Assembly (NCBI GenBank): GCA_965231105.1
Contig: OZ246417.1
Span: forward strand, 100,094 to 164,093
Reading direction: 5' to 3'
DNA: 64,000 nucleotides
Origin: an uncultured Candidatus Saccharibacteria bacterium
GTDB taxonomy: Bacteria > Patescibacteriota > Saccharimonadia > Saccharimonadales > JACDBH01
Shown here: in pieces, positions 9,677-20,100 of the stretch
Position numbering within the stretch: position 1 is the stretch's first letter
Layout: every line of letters begins with the position of its first letter
Program-made: the position numbers and the translations under genes
Notes under the pieces: generated by a model
The model's database searches: none
The model's input: only the letters and a program-made list of their open reading frames with translations
What the model was told of the DNA's origin: nothing

Positions 9677-10336
9677 ATGAAATCACTGCATAAGACAGAA
9701 GTTGGTTCGTTAGTAGTGCCATTTGTTATTGTGCTGCTTCTATTCTTGGCAGCAGCTGGATTTGGTGGCTGGGCGTATATGGAACGCCAAGATTATAAAG
9801 ATAACAGTGACCAAAAGGCTGCTGTTGCTGCTGAGGCAGCGAAGGTAGCTGAGGGTGAACGTAAGGATAAAGAATTTGCGGAAGCAGAGAAGTCGCCTTT
9901 TAAAACATTTAGAGGCTCTGAAACATTAGGAAGTATTTCGTTCCAGTATCCTAAAACCTGGAGTGCCTACATTGCTGAAGACTTACGAACCACCACGCCC
10001 GTACAGGGCTACTTCCATCCAGAATTCGTTCCACTCGTGACTGGCAATACTTTATATGCGCTTCGGAGTGAAGTGGTGAATACCAGCTACACCGATGTTT
10101 TAAAGACCTTTGATTCAGCTGCAAAATCTGGAAAAGCAAAAATCTCTGCCTTCCGTGCCGAAAAAGTACAAAGTGCCTTAGGGGTTAAGATTGAGGGCGA
10201 AGTTGCACAGAACAAACAAGGTATTATGGTGCTCTTACCACTTCGTGATAAGTCGATTAAATTCTGGACTGAGAACAGTGAATTTTATGGTGATTTCAAT
10301 AACACCATTCTTCCTAGTTTGACCTTCATCCCCTAG
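9677..10336 (+). CDS. hypothetical membrane-anchored protein
   Basis: One N-terminal TM helix (LVVPFVIVLLLFLAAAGFGGWAY), a charged linker and a ~140-aa extracytoplasmic domain. No family recognised. Confidence 0.45.
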   Translation: MKSLHKTEVGSLVVPFVIVLLLFLAAAGFGGWAYMERQDYKDNSDQKAAVAAEAAKVAEGERKDKEFAEAEKSPFKTFRGSETLGSISFQYPKTWSAYIAEDLRTTTPVQGYFHPEFVPLVTGNTLYALRSEVVNTSYTDVLKTFDSAAKSGKAKISAFRAEKVQSALGVKIEGEVAQNKQGIMVLLPLRDKSIKFWTENSEFYGDFNNTILPSLTFIP

Positions 10337-10398
10337 ACCTATCCCAAAGCATGGTATAATAAGGGTTACTTCTAGAGAGGGTAGTTTCTGGGGTTGCT

Positions 10399-11121
10399 AT
10401 GGGGAGATCAAGAGCGCCTAAAAAAACTGAAGCCGATTTATTGTTCCGTAATTTAGCGGAGCAGGTTAAGTTACCTTTTATTCAAATTGCCCATGCTGCC
10501 GAACTATCTCGCATGCATCCATCGGAAGAGAAGCAGTATCAGCTTTCTCAAACTATTTCTTTGACATCTGCTGCTGCACTTAAAATGATTGACGGCTATT
10601 TGCTGAGCGTCGCACTACAGGCAGAAGGACGGCTTAATCTTGAGCCTGTTTCTATTTCATCGGTTCTCTATGATACCGCTCAAACACTTGATGCGTATGC
10701 GCGTGCCCATGATTGTGAGATCCAACTGGAAGTAGGCGGCAAATATCAGCCGGTTATGGCTCAGCGCGAAGCGGTAGAATCCGCCTTAACCAATCTCGGC
10801 TACAGCTTTATTGAGGCAGCTTCAACGGCCGGTAAGCGATCGCGTATTACCCTGGCTGTGCGCCGTACGTCTCGTGGAATCAGTACGGGAGTTTTTTCGG
10901 AAAATAATACCTTAAGTACGGGCCTGTTTAAGCAAGCCAAGGCCTTAAAGGGAATGGTTAAGCAGCCATTTAGTGAGTTTAGCCCTGGTAGTGGAGCGGG
11001 TGTGTTTGTAGCGGATGCTTTATTTATGCGATTAGAAAGCGCAATGCATGTTGCCCGACTTCATTCGCAGCGTGGCCTTGCTGCCACCCTTACCCCCAGT
11101 TTGCAGCTAAGTTTAGTATGA
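10399..11121 (+). CDS. degenerate histidine-kinase-like protein (no TM, no recognisable G1 box)
   Basis: H-box-like IQIAHAAELSRM, N-box-like ESALTNLGYSFIEA and G2-like GSGAGVFVADAL, but no DxGxG. Its stop overlaps the start of the next gene (ATGA). Confidence 0.45.
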   Translation: MGRSRAPKKTEADLLFRNLAEQVKLPFIQIAHAAELSRMHPSEEKQYQLSQTISLTSAAALKMIDGYLLSVALQAEGRLNLEPVSISSVLYDTAQTLDAYARAHDCEIQLEVGGKYQPVMAQREAVESALTNLGYSFIEAASTAGKRSRITLAVRRTSRGISTGVFSENNTLSTGLFKQAKALKGMVKQPFSEFSPGSGAGVFVADALFMRLESAMHVARLHSQRGLAATLTPSLQLSLV

Positions 11122-11513
11122 GTAAAATCCTTTTATTAGAGCCAAATCGTTTATTGGCCCAACAGTACATGGCCTTGCTTCAAGGTATGGGTCATGACGT
11201 AGAGTGGAGCGAGGATGCCCAAACCGGCATTACTTCTGCCGACGAAACAGTGCCCGACCTTATTATCATCGAACTGCTCTTAGCAGGGCACAGTGGCATT
11301 GAGTTTTTATACGAATTTCGTTCCTATCCAGAGTGGCGGGATGTACCCGCTATTGTCTTAACTTCTGTAGCTCCCCGCGACATTAAGGCTTCAGAGCAAA
11401 TCTTGCGTGAGCTTGGCGTTGCAATGCTGCTGTATAAGCCAGACACCTCACTTACGATGCTAAGGCATCATGTAAAGCGAGCGCTTCAGGTAGCACCTCA
11501 GGAAACTCGATGA
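11118..11513 (+). CDS. atypical receiver (pseudo-receiver) domain protein
   Basis: Receiver-like layout, but the phospho-acceptor position reads PDLIIIELLL (Glu instead of Asp). The N-terminal acidic pair is replaced by LLLEPN. Confidence 0.6.
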   Translation: MSKILLLEPNRLLAQQYMALLQGMGHDVEWSEDAQTGITSADETVPDLIIIELLLAGHSGIEFLYEFRSYPEWRDVPAIVLTSVAPRDIKASEQILRELGVAMLLYKPDTSLTMLRHHVKRALQVAPQETR

Positions 11514-12202
11514 AACAATTTACCACCAAGGGCATTGTGCTCGCACGGGTGGATTATGGCGAAGCCGACCGTATCACAACCTTTTTAACCCCACAGCATG
11601 GCAAAGTACGCGCAATGTGTAAGGGGGTGCGGAAGCCGAAAAGTAAGCTTGCGGGTGGCATTGAGCTCTTTAGCCTCAGTGACCTCACCCTTATTAAAGG
11701 CAGGGGTGACATGGACACGCTAGTATCGAGCCGGCTCGAAAAACACTTCGGTAATATTGTTACCGACATTAATCGCACCATGCTTGGTTACGACCTCCTT
11801 AAAATTATGAATAAGATCTTAGAGGATGAGGGAGGGGAAGAATTCTTTGAGGTTATGCAGGACAGCCTTGAAGCGCTGAATAATCTTGATATGCCTCCTG
11901 AGTTGGCTGAAACGTCTTTTTTAATGCGGCTCATGCAACTTTTAGGCCATCAGCCTAACCTTGTAACAGATCTGGAAGGCAATAAACTCACTAAAGAAGA
12001 TGCATACCAGTTTAGCTTTGAAGACATGGCTTTTTCTCCTCATAAAAACGGTAACTTTGGCCAAAATCACATTAAGCTGTTAAGGCTACTTTCATACAAT
12101 AAACCAGCGGCTCTCCTGCAGGTAAAAGAACTGGGCGCCTATGTACGGGAGCTCGCCCCACTGGTTCGCAATATCTCGAGACAATACGTTGTAAATTTCT
12201 AA
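11510..12202 (+). CDS. recO: DNA repair protein RecO
   Basis: N-terminal OB-fold signature GIVLARVDYGEADRITTFLTPQHGKVRAMCKGVRKPKSKLAG. 230 aa, with an ATGA overlap to the upstream gene. Confidence 0.85.
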   Translation: MKQFTTKGIVLARVDYGEADRITTFLTPQHGKVRAMCKGVRKPKSKLAGGIELFSLSDLTLIKGRGDMDTLVSSRLEKHFGNIVTDINRTMLGYDLLKIMNKILEDEGGEEFFEVMQDSLEALNNLDMPPELAETSFLMRLMQLLGHQPNLVTDLEGNKLTKEDAYQFSFEDMAFSPHKNGNFGQNHIKLLRLLSYNKPAALLQVKELGAYVRELAPLVRNISRQYVVNF

Positions 12203-12237
12203 TGCTTATGCTATAATATACTTTTGGAATTTACATT

Positions 12238-12819
12238 ATGTATGGCATCGAATCACCTCTTAATCGTACTGACGCAATTGGCGTGGGTGCTCGGCTTGAC
12301 TTACGTTTTCCTGAGGCAGTCACCGCAAATCGGCTGTTGAGTGCAAGCTATAGTGGTATCACTATCCCATACCAGTCGCCGGTGAGGACAAAGCACATCA
12401 ATTTAGGTAGCCCGACAGATGCTAAGATGCTGCCAAAACTCCGTGCCAATCTGCATGTAGTGATGCGCAGACAGGAAGCTGGAAGGGCGCTCTCCATCAT
12501 GCTTAGCGATTTTCGTACACTTACAGGGCGGCCTACTACTGTAGGGCGGCCTATGAGCAATATGAGGCAGAGTGAGTTCGGCGGAAGCTATCTTCATTAT
12601 GAAGCCTATGACGCCCTGCAACTTGTGGGTGATGAGGCGACGGGTGCGCTTGAACTAAAGGGGAAATATGTGGGTGAAGACGCCTGGAATGTGCTGGTAA
12701 ATAACAATCGGAATACACGAGAAGTTCGCTCTAATCCTGGAGATCCGTTTGCATTTGCTGCGGCTTGTATTGTAGCGATGAGCAAAACCAGTGTAGAGCC
12801 AGTAGTAAGTGTGCAGTAG
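12238..12819 (+). CDS. hypothetical protein
   Basis: 193-aa ORF preceded by a TGCTATAAT extended -10. No family recognised. Confidence 0.4.
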   Translation: MYGIESPLNRTDAIGVGARLDLRFPEAVTANRLLSASYSGITIPYQSPVRTKHINLGSPTDAKMLPKLRANLHVVMRRQEAGRALSIMLSDFRTLTGRPTTVGRPMSNMRQSEFGGSYLHYEAYDALQLVGDEATGALELKGKYVGEDAWNVLVNNNRNTREVRSNPGDPFAFAAACIVAMSKTSVEPVVSVQ

Positions 12820-12831
12820 ATAGCCACAAAC

Positions 12832-12860
12832 TTGACAAATCCGCTTATGCTTGTTATAAT
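12832..12860 (+). promoter_or_regulatory. sigma-70-type promoter (TTGACA-17-TATAAT)
   Basis: Perfect consensus hexamers: TTGACA at 12832-12837, a 17-nt spacer and TATAAT at 12855-12860. It lies 28 nt upstream of the ORF at 12889. Confidence 0.6.
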
Positions 12861-12888
12861 GTGTCAGTTATCAATTAAATAAAAAGAT

Positions 12889-13239
12889 ATGAAACACATT
12901 CCAATCCAAGAACCAAAAGTGCACGTAGACAACATTAGAGTAATGCCTAAGCCTTATGATCATGAAAATGAGCCGGCTATCGTACCTGGACCTGAATATG
13001 TCGTAGAAGACACTGTCGGCGGGGAAACGCATGTTGTGGACCTTCCTCCTGTTGAAGCTGCTCCAGACGAAAGGGAATCTATAAGAACTCGTATTTTTAA
13101 TAGACTAACTGAGGGCGCTGTAAGTCGTCCTCGACTGCACCGTGGTGTAGATGGTATCCGTGATATTGAAAATCATCGTCGTGAGGCACAGGCCTTAGGT
13201 CCTGTAAGCGATGTCAACCTTCGTAAATACAAAGACTAG
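12889..13239 (+). CDS. hypothetical protein
   Basis: 116-aa acidic/proline-rich ORF downstream of a consensus promoter. No family recognised. Confidence 0.4.
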   Translation: MKHIPIQEPKVHVDNIRVMPKPYDHENEPAIVPGPEYVVEDTVGGETHVVDLPPVEAAPDERESIRTRIFNRLTEGAVSRPRLHRGVDGIRDIENHRREAQALGPVSDVNLRKYKD

Positions 13240-13281
13240 TACGTTGTCTCTTTCTCTAAACACCGTATAATATGCGGTAAG

Positions 13282-14577
13282 ATGAGTGAAACAAAAGTTT
13301 CTTTAGAAGATATTGCTAGTTTATGTAAACGGCGTGGTTTTATATACCAAGGTTCTGAAATTTACGGTGGTTTAAGTGGTACGTGGGATTATGGTCCCCT
13401 CGGTGTAGCCTTAAAACGTAACATTCAAAATCTCTGGTGGCAGATGTTTGTTGAAGACCGCGATGATATGTATGGCGTTGATGCCGCTATTCTCATGAAC
13501 CAAAAGGTCTGGCAGGCAAGTGGGCACGTTGATACCTTTACTGACCCGTTAGTTGAGTGCAAAAACTGCAAGGCCCGTTTCCGCGAAGATCAGATTGATA
13601 CCAGCAAATGCCCTAACTGCGGTAAAAAAGATACCTTTGGTCCCGCACGCCAATTTAATATGATGTTTAAAACCAATGTGGGCCCAGTAGATGACGAGGC
13701 AAGTGTAAGCTATCTGCGGCCCGAGACTGCCCAGGGTATCTTTACCAACTATAAGAACGTAGTAGACAGCTTCTACCCAGATATACCCTTTGGTATTGGG
13801 CAAATTGGTAAGGCATTCCGTAATGAAATTAGCCCTCGTGATTTTGTCTTTCGTTCCCGTGAGTTTGAACAAATGGAAATTGAGTATTTTGTACATCCTA
13901 AAAACTGGGAGAAATCGTTTGAGCAGTGGATTAAGGATATTTACGCATTCTTAGAAAAGCTCGGATTACCGAAGGGTAGGATTCACGAGCTTGAAGTGCC
14001 TGATGCTGATCGTGCCCACTACAGCAAACGAACCATAGATTTTGAATTTGATTTTCCGCATGGCCGCAAGGAACTACTAGGCCTCGCGTACCGAACCGAC
14101 TTTGACCTTATGAATATCCAGAATAATTCTGGTAAGAGCATGGCCTATCGAGCCAAAGAGGGCGGTGAACCATATGTTCCACATGTTATAGAGCCAAGTT
14201 TTGGTGTGGAACGGGCTATCATCGCTGTACTCACCAGTGCCTATACCGAGGATGAAGTAGACAATGAAAAACGAGTATACCTAAAACTTCCTGAGCATCT
14301 TGCGCCTATTAAATTTGCAGTGAGCCCGCTTTTAAAGAATAAGCCTGAGTTGGTGAAGAAAGCACGAGAGGTATTTGCGGCCCTTAAAAAGAAACATGGC
14401 AGCGTGATCTGGGATGATAATAGTAACATTGGTAAACGCTATCGACGGAGTGATGAAATAGGCATACCAAAACATATTACTATTGACTTTACAACCCTAG
14501 AAGACGATACTGTTACGGTTCGTGATAGAGATACCACGAAACAAGACAGGATCAAGATAGATGAACTTATCAAATAG
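13282..14577 (+). CDS. glyQS: glycine--tRNA ligase (homodimeric GlyQS type)
   Basis: RRGFIYQGSEIYGGLSGTWDYGPLG, class II motifs (FRNEISPR, GVERA) and a C-terminal anticodon-binding domain. Confidence 0.95.
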   Translation: MSETKVSLEDIASLCKRRGFIYQGSEIYGGLSGTWDYGPLGVALKRNIQNLWWQMFVEDRDDMYGVDAAILMNQKVWQASGHVDTFTDPLVECKNCKARFREDQIDTSKCPNCGKKDTFGPARQFNMMFKTNVGPVDDEASVSYLRPETAQGIFTNYKNVVDSFYPDIPFGIGQIGKAFRNEISPRDFVFRSREFEQMEIEYFVHPKNWEKSFEQWIKDIYAFLEKLGLPKGRIHELEVPDADRAHYSKRTIDFEFDFPHGRKELLGLAYRTDFDLMNIQNNSGKSMAYRAKEGGEPYVPHVIEPSFGVERAIIAVLTSAYTEDEVDNEKRVYLKLPEHLAPIKFAVSPLLKNKPELVKKAREVFAALKKKHGSVIWDDNSNIGKRYRRSDEIGIPKHITIDFTTLEDDTVTVRDRDTTKQDRIKIDELIK

Positions 14578-14851
14578 TACTGAGATACTTGCCCAAGCTG
14601 AAGGAATGCCCTCGCCACTGCAAATAGTTGCTGGTATTGGTGTTGCTGCTATCTACGGGGTAGCAGGGACGCATATTGTACGGGAAAGACGCCGTCAGCG
14701 TGCTGCTGAAGCTGCCCTTAATACACCTGAAGCTATAACAGAACGCCTGGAAGCAGATGAGGCTAATTTTATTAGGGATGCAGAGCAGGGTGCAATTTTA
14801 GACAACATGATCTGGACACTTCGCGAACAGAACGCTAGTCCAAGTAATTAA
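14561..14851 (+). CDS. hypothetical small membrane protein
   Basis: 96-aa ORF with one TM helix (LQIVAGIGVAAIYGVAG). It overlaps the glyQS end by 17 nt and the convergent NUDIX gene by 17 nt. Confidence 0.3.
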   Translation: MNLSNSTEILAQAEGMPSPLQIVAGIGVAAIYGVAGTHIVRERRRQRAAEAALNTPEAITERLEADEANFIRDAEQGAILDNMIWTLREQNASPSN

Positions 14852-15284
14852 AGATCTTTACACCGCGTTTTTCTCTAATATGAGCTTCTACATCTTCCTC
14901 TTGAAGGAAGACGGGTAGAACATGGGTAACTTTAGGATCAACAAACTCAATCTTTTCAATTTCATCTTTACCATGAGAGGTCTGAGAGAGATCGATATTG
15001 GTAAAATCCTCCGGGTTGGTGATATGAAAAAAGAATTCCATTTGCTCAACATCTTTATGAATAAACTGCTGGGCATATAAAAGATCACCCACCTGAGGTG
15101 CTACGCCAGTCTCTTCTATAATTTCTCGCTCAAGGGCAGGGACGAGGGCTTCGCCTGGATCAACACCGCCGCCGGGTGTGCACCAATATGTTGGACTATC
15201 AGCATGCCTATAAGGCTTTAACTGGGCACATAAGATCTTGCCGCCCTGGATGGCAATACCCCGGACTGCTACTCTGCGTTTCAT
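14835..15284 (-). CDS. NUDIX hydrolase
   Basis: Nudix box GGGVDPGEALVPALEREIIEETG. Confidence 0.85.
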   Translation of the reverse strand: MKRRVAVRGIAIQGGKILCAQLKPYRHADSPTYWCTPGGGVDPGEALVPALEREIIEETGVAPQVGDLLYAQQFIHKDVEQMEFFFHITNPEDFTNIDLSQTSHGKDEIEKIEFVDPKVTHVLPVFLQEEDVEAHIREKRGVKIFNYLD

Positions 15285-15364
15285 AGTACTCTACTATACC
15301 GATAAAAAAGAGCTTCCACTACTCGTAATACACGGTTAAATATTGTATAATAAATATATTCATT

Positions 15365-16135
15365 ATGTCAGAAGCAGTTGACCCAGTTTTTGCCAATATT
15401 GGAGACCACAATACTGCGCTCGCAATGAGCGAGTTTTTCGCGGTACCTGAAAAATTCAAAGTAAGAAGCGCCGATTTAGACCCGGCACATTCCGCTGAGT
15501 TTCCCCCAGAGCCTGCTTACCTTACAGGGCTTCAAATAGCTCATCTTACTGCACTGGAAGTAGATGCTCCGATTGCTCAGAAATTGTGGTTTAACCCACA
15601 GGCCTCTTCGGCATTTAGAGCCGGAGAAGAATTTACAGAAGGCTACGACGAAATGGTAGGCGCAATTCATAGATCGTTACCGGGAGAACCAGCGGTGGCC
15701 GTTCAGGGTAGGGGTGCTGATCCGTATCTGCGTATGGTTCTCGAAAAAACTTGTGCTGCTGGTATTCGTACCGTAGCTGCCTTTGCTCTTTTTCAAAGTG
15801 TGGATGACCGACGATTTTATACAGGTCTTGCTATACCTCTGAAAGTGTTTGATGAAACCCCCCTAGCATTTCGCCATGAAATGGGTTCTGCTGCGACAGG
15901 GCTACTAAAAAGAGGATATGAAGACGACATTCTTCCCGAAGACTTAAAAGATGCACAAAAGGCGATAATGCGTAACGATCCTTCCGCGAAAGATATGGGT
16001 TTTCTGTTAGCGGCAAGTTTTTTGCCTGAGGTAAAAACCGTACGAAATGGTATATCGAGGGCAATGCTTCAGCTACAGACGAATGGTGTAGGACTTAATC
16101 GTGAACAGCGCAGACAGCAACGCCGTCAGCGCTAA
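15365..16135 (+). CDS. hypothetical protein
   Basis: 256-aa ORF with a basic RRQQRRQR tail. No family recognised. Confidence 0.4.
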   Translation: MSEAVDPVFANIGDHNTALAMSEFFAVPEKFKVRSADLDPAHSAEFPPEPAYLTGLQIAHLTALEVDAPIAQKLWFNPQASSAFRAGEEFTEGYDEMVGAIHRSLPGEPAVAVQGRGADPYLRMVLEKTCAAGIRTVAAFALFQSVDDRRFYTGLAIPLKVFDETPLAFRHEMGSAATGLLKRGYEDDILPEDLKDAQKAIMRNDPSAKDMGFLLAASFLPEVKTVRNGISRAMLQLQTNGVGLNREQRRQQRRQR

Positions 16136-16157
16136 TTAAATGGTATGATTGTTCCAA

Positions 16158-16622
16158 ATGAATAACACACAAATAGAAAAGATCATTCGAGAATATCTAT
16201 CCAACGTTATACATATGTCCTTAGCGACAAGCGCCAATAACATTCCGTGGATATGTGAGGTGCATTTTGCGGCCGATAACGACCTCAATATATACTTTCG
16301 CTCAAAGACAACCCGAAGACATAGTCAGGAAATTGCTCTTAATCCCCGAGTAGCAGGGAATATTGTTGAGCCTCATGGCTTAACAGACAAACCACGGGGT
16401 GTATATTTTGAAGGCACGGCTGAGCTTTTAGAGAATGTAGATGAACAGCATCCGGCATATCAAGAATACAACGAACGGCTTAACATGGGCCAAGCAATTC
16501 TTGAAGAGGCCATGCAGGATGATGGCCACAAATTCTATAAAATCACCGTTACTGACTTTTACGTCTTTGATGCACGCGAATCAAAGCCAAGCCAGAAGTA
16601 TCACTTACCCTGGAAGCGCTAG
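16158..16622 (+). CDS. pyridoxamine 5'-phosphate oxidase-like FMN-binding protein
   Basis: MSLATSANNIPWICEVHFAADNDLNIYFRSKTTRRHSQEIALNPRVAG matches the PNPOx-like/general-stress-26 pattern. I chose the ATG at 16158; the track uses TTG at 16149. Confidence 0.6.
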   Translation: MNNTQIEKIIREYLSNVIHMSLATSANNIPWICEVHFAADNDLNIYFRSKTTRRHSQEIALNPRVAGNIVEPHGLTDKPRGVYFEGTAELLENVDEQHPAYQEYNERLNMGQAILEEAMQDDGHKFYKITVTDFYVFDARESKPSQKYHLPWKR

Positions 16623-16954
16623 AGCTTATTCTTTAGAGCGTTTGCGTCTTCGGTATTGATTTGTCCGTCGTCATTAATATCAACGGCACTAACGACCTTG
16701 TCTTTCACTGCGCTAGCATCAGCGGCGTTCACTTGACCATCGTTGTTTATGTCAGCGGCACCGGTAACGGCAGTTTTAACCCCACCTAAATCACCAGCAT
16801 TTACCTGACCGTCATTATTAAGATCTGCTTTTGCAGCGAAGTTATCTTTAACTGCGCCAAGATCCTGCGTATTTACTTGACCATCATTATTTATATCGAC
16901 TGCGTCTTTAGCTTTGCCACCAAATAAACCCTTTAATGCACTTAACAAACCCAT
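16619..16954 (-). CDS. protein built from four dockerin/EF-hand-like Ca-binding repeats
   Basis: Four D(I/L)N(N/D)DGQ(V/I)N loops with an exact 72-nt (24-aa) period, starting at nt 16655, 16727, 16799 and 16871. The N terminus is the amphipathic MGLLSALKGLFGG, and there is no obvious signal peptide. Confidence 0.65.
   Translation of the reverse strand: MGLLSALKGLFGGKAKDAVDINNDGQVNTQDLGAVKDNFAAKADLNNDGQVNAGDLGGVKTAVTGAADINNDGQVNAADASAVKDKVVSAVDINDDGQINTEDANALKNKL
16655..16942 (-). repeat. 4 x 72-bp tandem coding repeat
   Basis: The motif ATTTAC/GTTCAC-TGACC(A/G)TC(A/G)TT recurs every 72 nt. Confidence 0.7.
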
Positions 16955-17161
16955 GGTTTCTATATCCTGCTTACGTTTATGTCTTTACTATACACCTATG
17001 CAGAAAAGAAACCGAAAAATCAAACGTTCAGTAAGGGCTGATATTAGCTAAATATTAAAACATTATTAAAACGGTGTATAAGTTTCGTGAAATATTATTG
17101 CGCTTATGTTTATTGTCCGCTTATTATTAAACTAAGCATATAAGAGAAGGGCACAGGAAGA

Positions 17162-20100
17162 ATGGGCCATTATATAAGGTTGCTTAAAGACGCTCTAAAT
17201 AGACTCACAAACCACAATCGCAATCTTATCGCTCTCACTTTTGTTTTTATTCTTTTCTCGAGTATTTTTCTGCCCGCCTACGGCACCTTTGCGCTTGAAC
17301 TGAGTACTCCCCCAGAGACAAGTGCAGGAGTGAAGCCTGCCCAGGAAGAATCTTCAGAAAAGACTAAGAAAGAATTCAAATACCCGCCTGCGATGGAAAC
17401 GGTTACGTCTTCTACTGAAGCCGCCCGGGACGCGAGGCCATCTTCAGGAAATCTTTTGGGAGGGTTCAAGAAAGAGAAGCTTGTAGCTTCTGAGACTCTA
17501 CAGGGTGAGGTGCCTACGACAAAAATTAAAACTGGCGAACTTAAAGAAAAGCGTACTGCCAAATCCACGGTTGAGGTAAACGAGGACGGATCAATTACCG
17601 AAAAGCACTACATGGTTCCGCAGCATTTTCAAAAGGATGGTGTATGGGAAAAGATAGACACTACTCTCGTAGAAGATAAAAATGCTGGCGATTCAGGCAA
17701 CGTATTCGGAAGGGCTCTCGGAACAGTAAAATCCTGGGTCTCTAAAGATAAGACTTTTACAGTTAAAGACAACGGTTGGCAGGCACGTTTTGCCCCAAGC
17801 AACGACAAGGCGGGTCTTTTGAGGGTAAAAAAGAATGATCAGCAGGTTAGCTTCGTGCCTGTAAATGCAAACAGCGTGGATCCTATTATTACTACGAATG
17901 ATCAGGGCCAGCAAACAGTCCACTACTATGATCTCTGGCCAGGAGTCGACGTGGAATACGTCGTTGAAACGGCGACAGTCAAAGAGAATATTATCCTCAA
18001 AAACAAGAACGCATCTCATGGCGTCTCTTTTAAAATGATTGGCGGGACATTAGAGAAAAGGCAAGATGAACCTAATGCAGTTCCATACTATGTCATAAAA
18101 GGAGCGCTTAATGATGAGTTTGCGGTTTCTCCTGCCAACCTTATCCTTAATAACTATGGCTTTGTAAGCGACCAGAGCGTATTTTCGCAAACATATGAAA
18201 ACAGCACCATTACTGCTGAGGTAGACAAGGAATACCTGCAGAATTTACCTGATAATGCCTTTCCGGCGGTGATAGATCCGGGCTTTTTTGACAGTTCTTT
18301 CGGTACTCGTGCTGGCGGTACATACATGTCTTTTAAGACAGATGGCTACATTTGTCCTTCCACGCAATGTAATTTGTATGCCGGATCTTTGTATGACTCG
18401 GGAGGAGCGTTGCAGTACTGGCGCGGCGCATTCTTTGCTCCATACGAACAGTTCCGCGATCCAAACACAAGTCTTATCAGCGCCACGCTTCATCTTGTGC
18501 AACGTTCAAACGAAAGCTTTTGGACCGGTGATTGGGGTACTCATAATTTCCAAGTAGGTCATGCACCCTGTTTAAATAGCTTTAACTGTGTGAGCACCAA
18601 TTCTCATAACGGTAATGTGACGGGAACAGGAAGTATTGATGTTACTACTTTGTATCAAAACCGGATCAGCGCAGGAGATTTTGGTGCGTGGATGATGGTA
18701 ATGGGTGAGGACGGTACGGATCATTCCTTTAAGAATTTCGATCCTGGTACACAGCCAAGCACAGGAACCTATGTGGCTTTTACTCATGGCGGTCCGCCAA
18801 CCGCTCCTAATTTTTCAACGCCAGTGGCGAATCAGGTCTTTACCGACCCCCAACCTTCTTTCCTCGTTAACCTCGTCACCAATCCTAATGGTTCTGCGCT
18901 ATTAAAGTATGAGTTTTCTATTAGCAGCAGCCCAGGAGGTGCGGGCGCACTTATTAATTCCGGTCTTGTAAATGGCATGCAGTGGACAGTACCCGATGGT
19001 ATCTTGCAAGATGGTTCAACCTATTACATACAGGCTAAAAGCCACGATCCTATCACTAATTCTTCAAGTGCGTGGGGTGCGTCGGTACCGTTCCGTATTG
19101 ATATGCGTACAGGTAAAGATGCGACGCAGACGTACGATACGCTTGGCCCTGTTGATGTAGTCCTTGCAACCGGTAATGTAACGACACATGCTACCAGCCA
19201 TACATCATCCGCACTGGGTGGTAGTCTTGGTGTTAGCCTCGACTATAATTCACCCCTAAGATCTCGTAACGGTCTTGTGGGACAATATTGGAACAATACA
19301 ACAAGGAGCGGTACCCCTGTTCTCACAAGAGTAGACCAAAGCGTGAATTTTCGGTGGGATTTAAGCTCGCCAGCAGCCGGGACGGTTAATGATGATAATT
19401 TCTCCGCCAGCTGGAATGGCTATTTTGTTGCTCCAACTACTGGAGACTATTATTTCGGTGGTAGCCATGATGATGATATGACAGTGCTGGTAGATGGTCA
19501 GCAGGTATATAGTAGTTCTATATGTTCGCCCGGACCGTGTTATTACACTGTTCCGATTCATCTGGATGAGGGACAAATCGTACCATTTGTTACCACATAC
19601 ATAGAAGGGCAGGGTTACGCCCATGCCAAAGTGTGGGTAAAGGGTCCGGTAGATGAACAACCATTGCCGCAAGCATGGGTGCAGACCGGTGTAAGACCAG
19701 TGTATAGCAACCGCGGGCTAACCGGCAGCTACTTCGGTAAAAACGACGGAACTAACACGTTCTCAACTGCGAACGCGCAGATTATGAAACGCACCGATCC
19801 ATACCTGAATTTTGATTGGGGCACCGGATCTCCCGTGCCTGATGGACCGGACGGTTTCTTGGTTCGCTGGTCTGGGTATGTAACGGTACCCGTGACTGGC
19901 ACCTATAACTTTGGAGTCAAAAGTGATGATGGCGCAAAGATCATGCTCGGTCCGAACGATACGCCCGTCTATAACGAATGGGTAGATAGGGGAGCAACTG
20001 AATCCTATGGCTCGGGTTTTTCACTTACCGCAGATGTACCCACACGTATAACCATCGAATATTACGATGGTGGTGGAGGTGCAACCTTCCAGTTAAAAGT

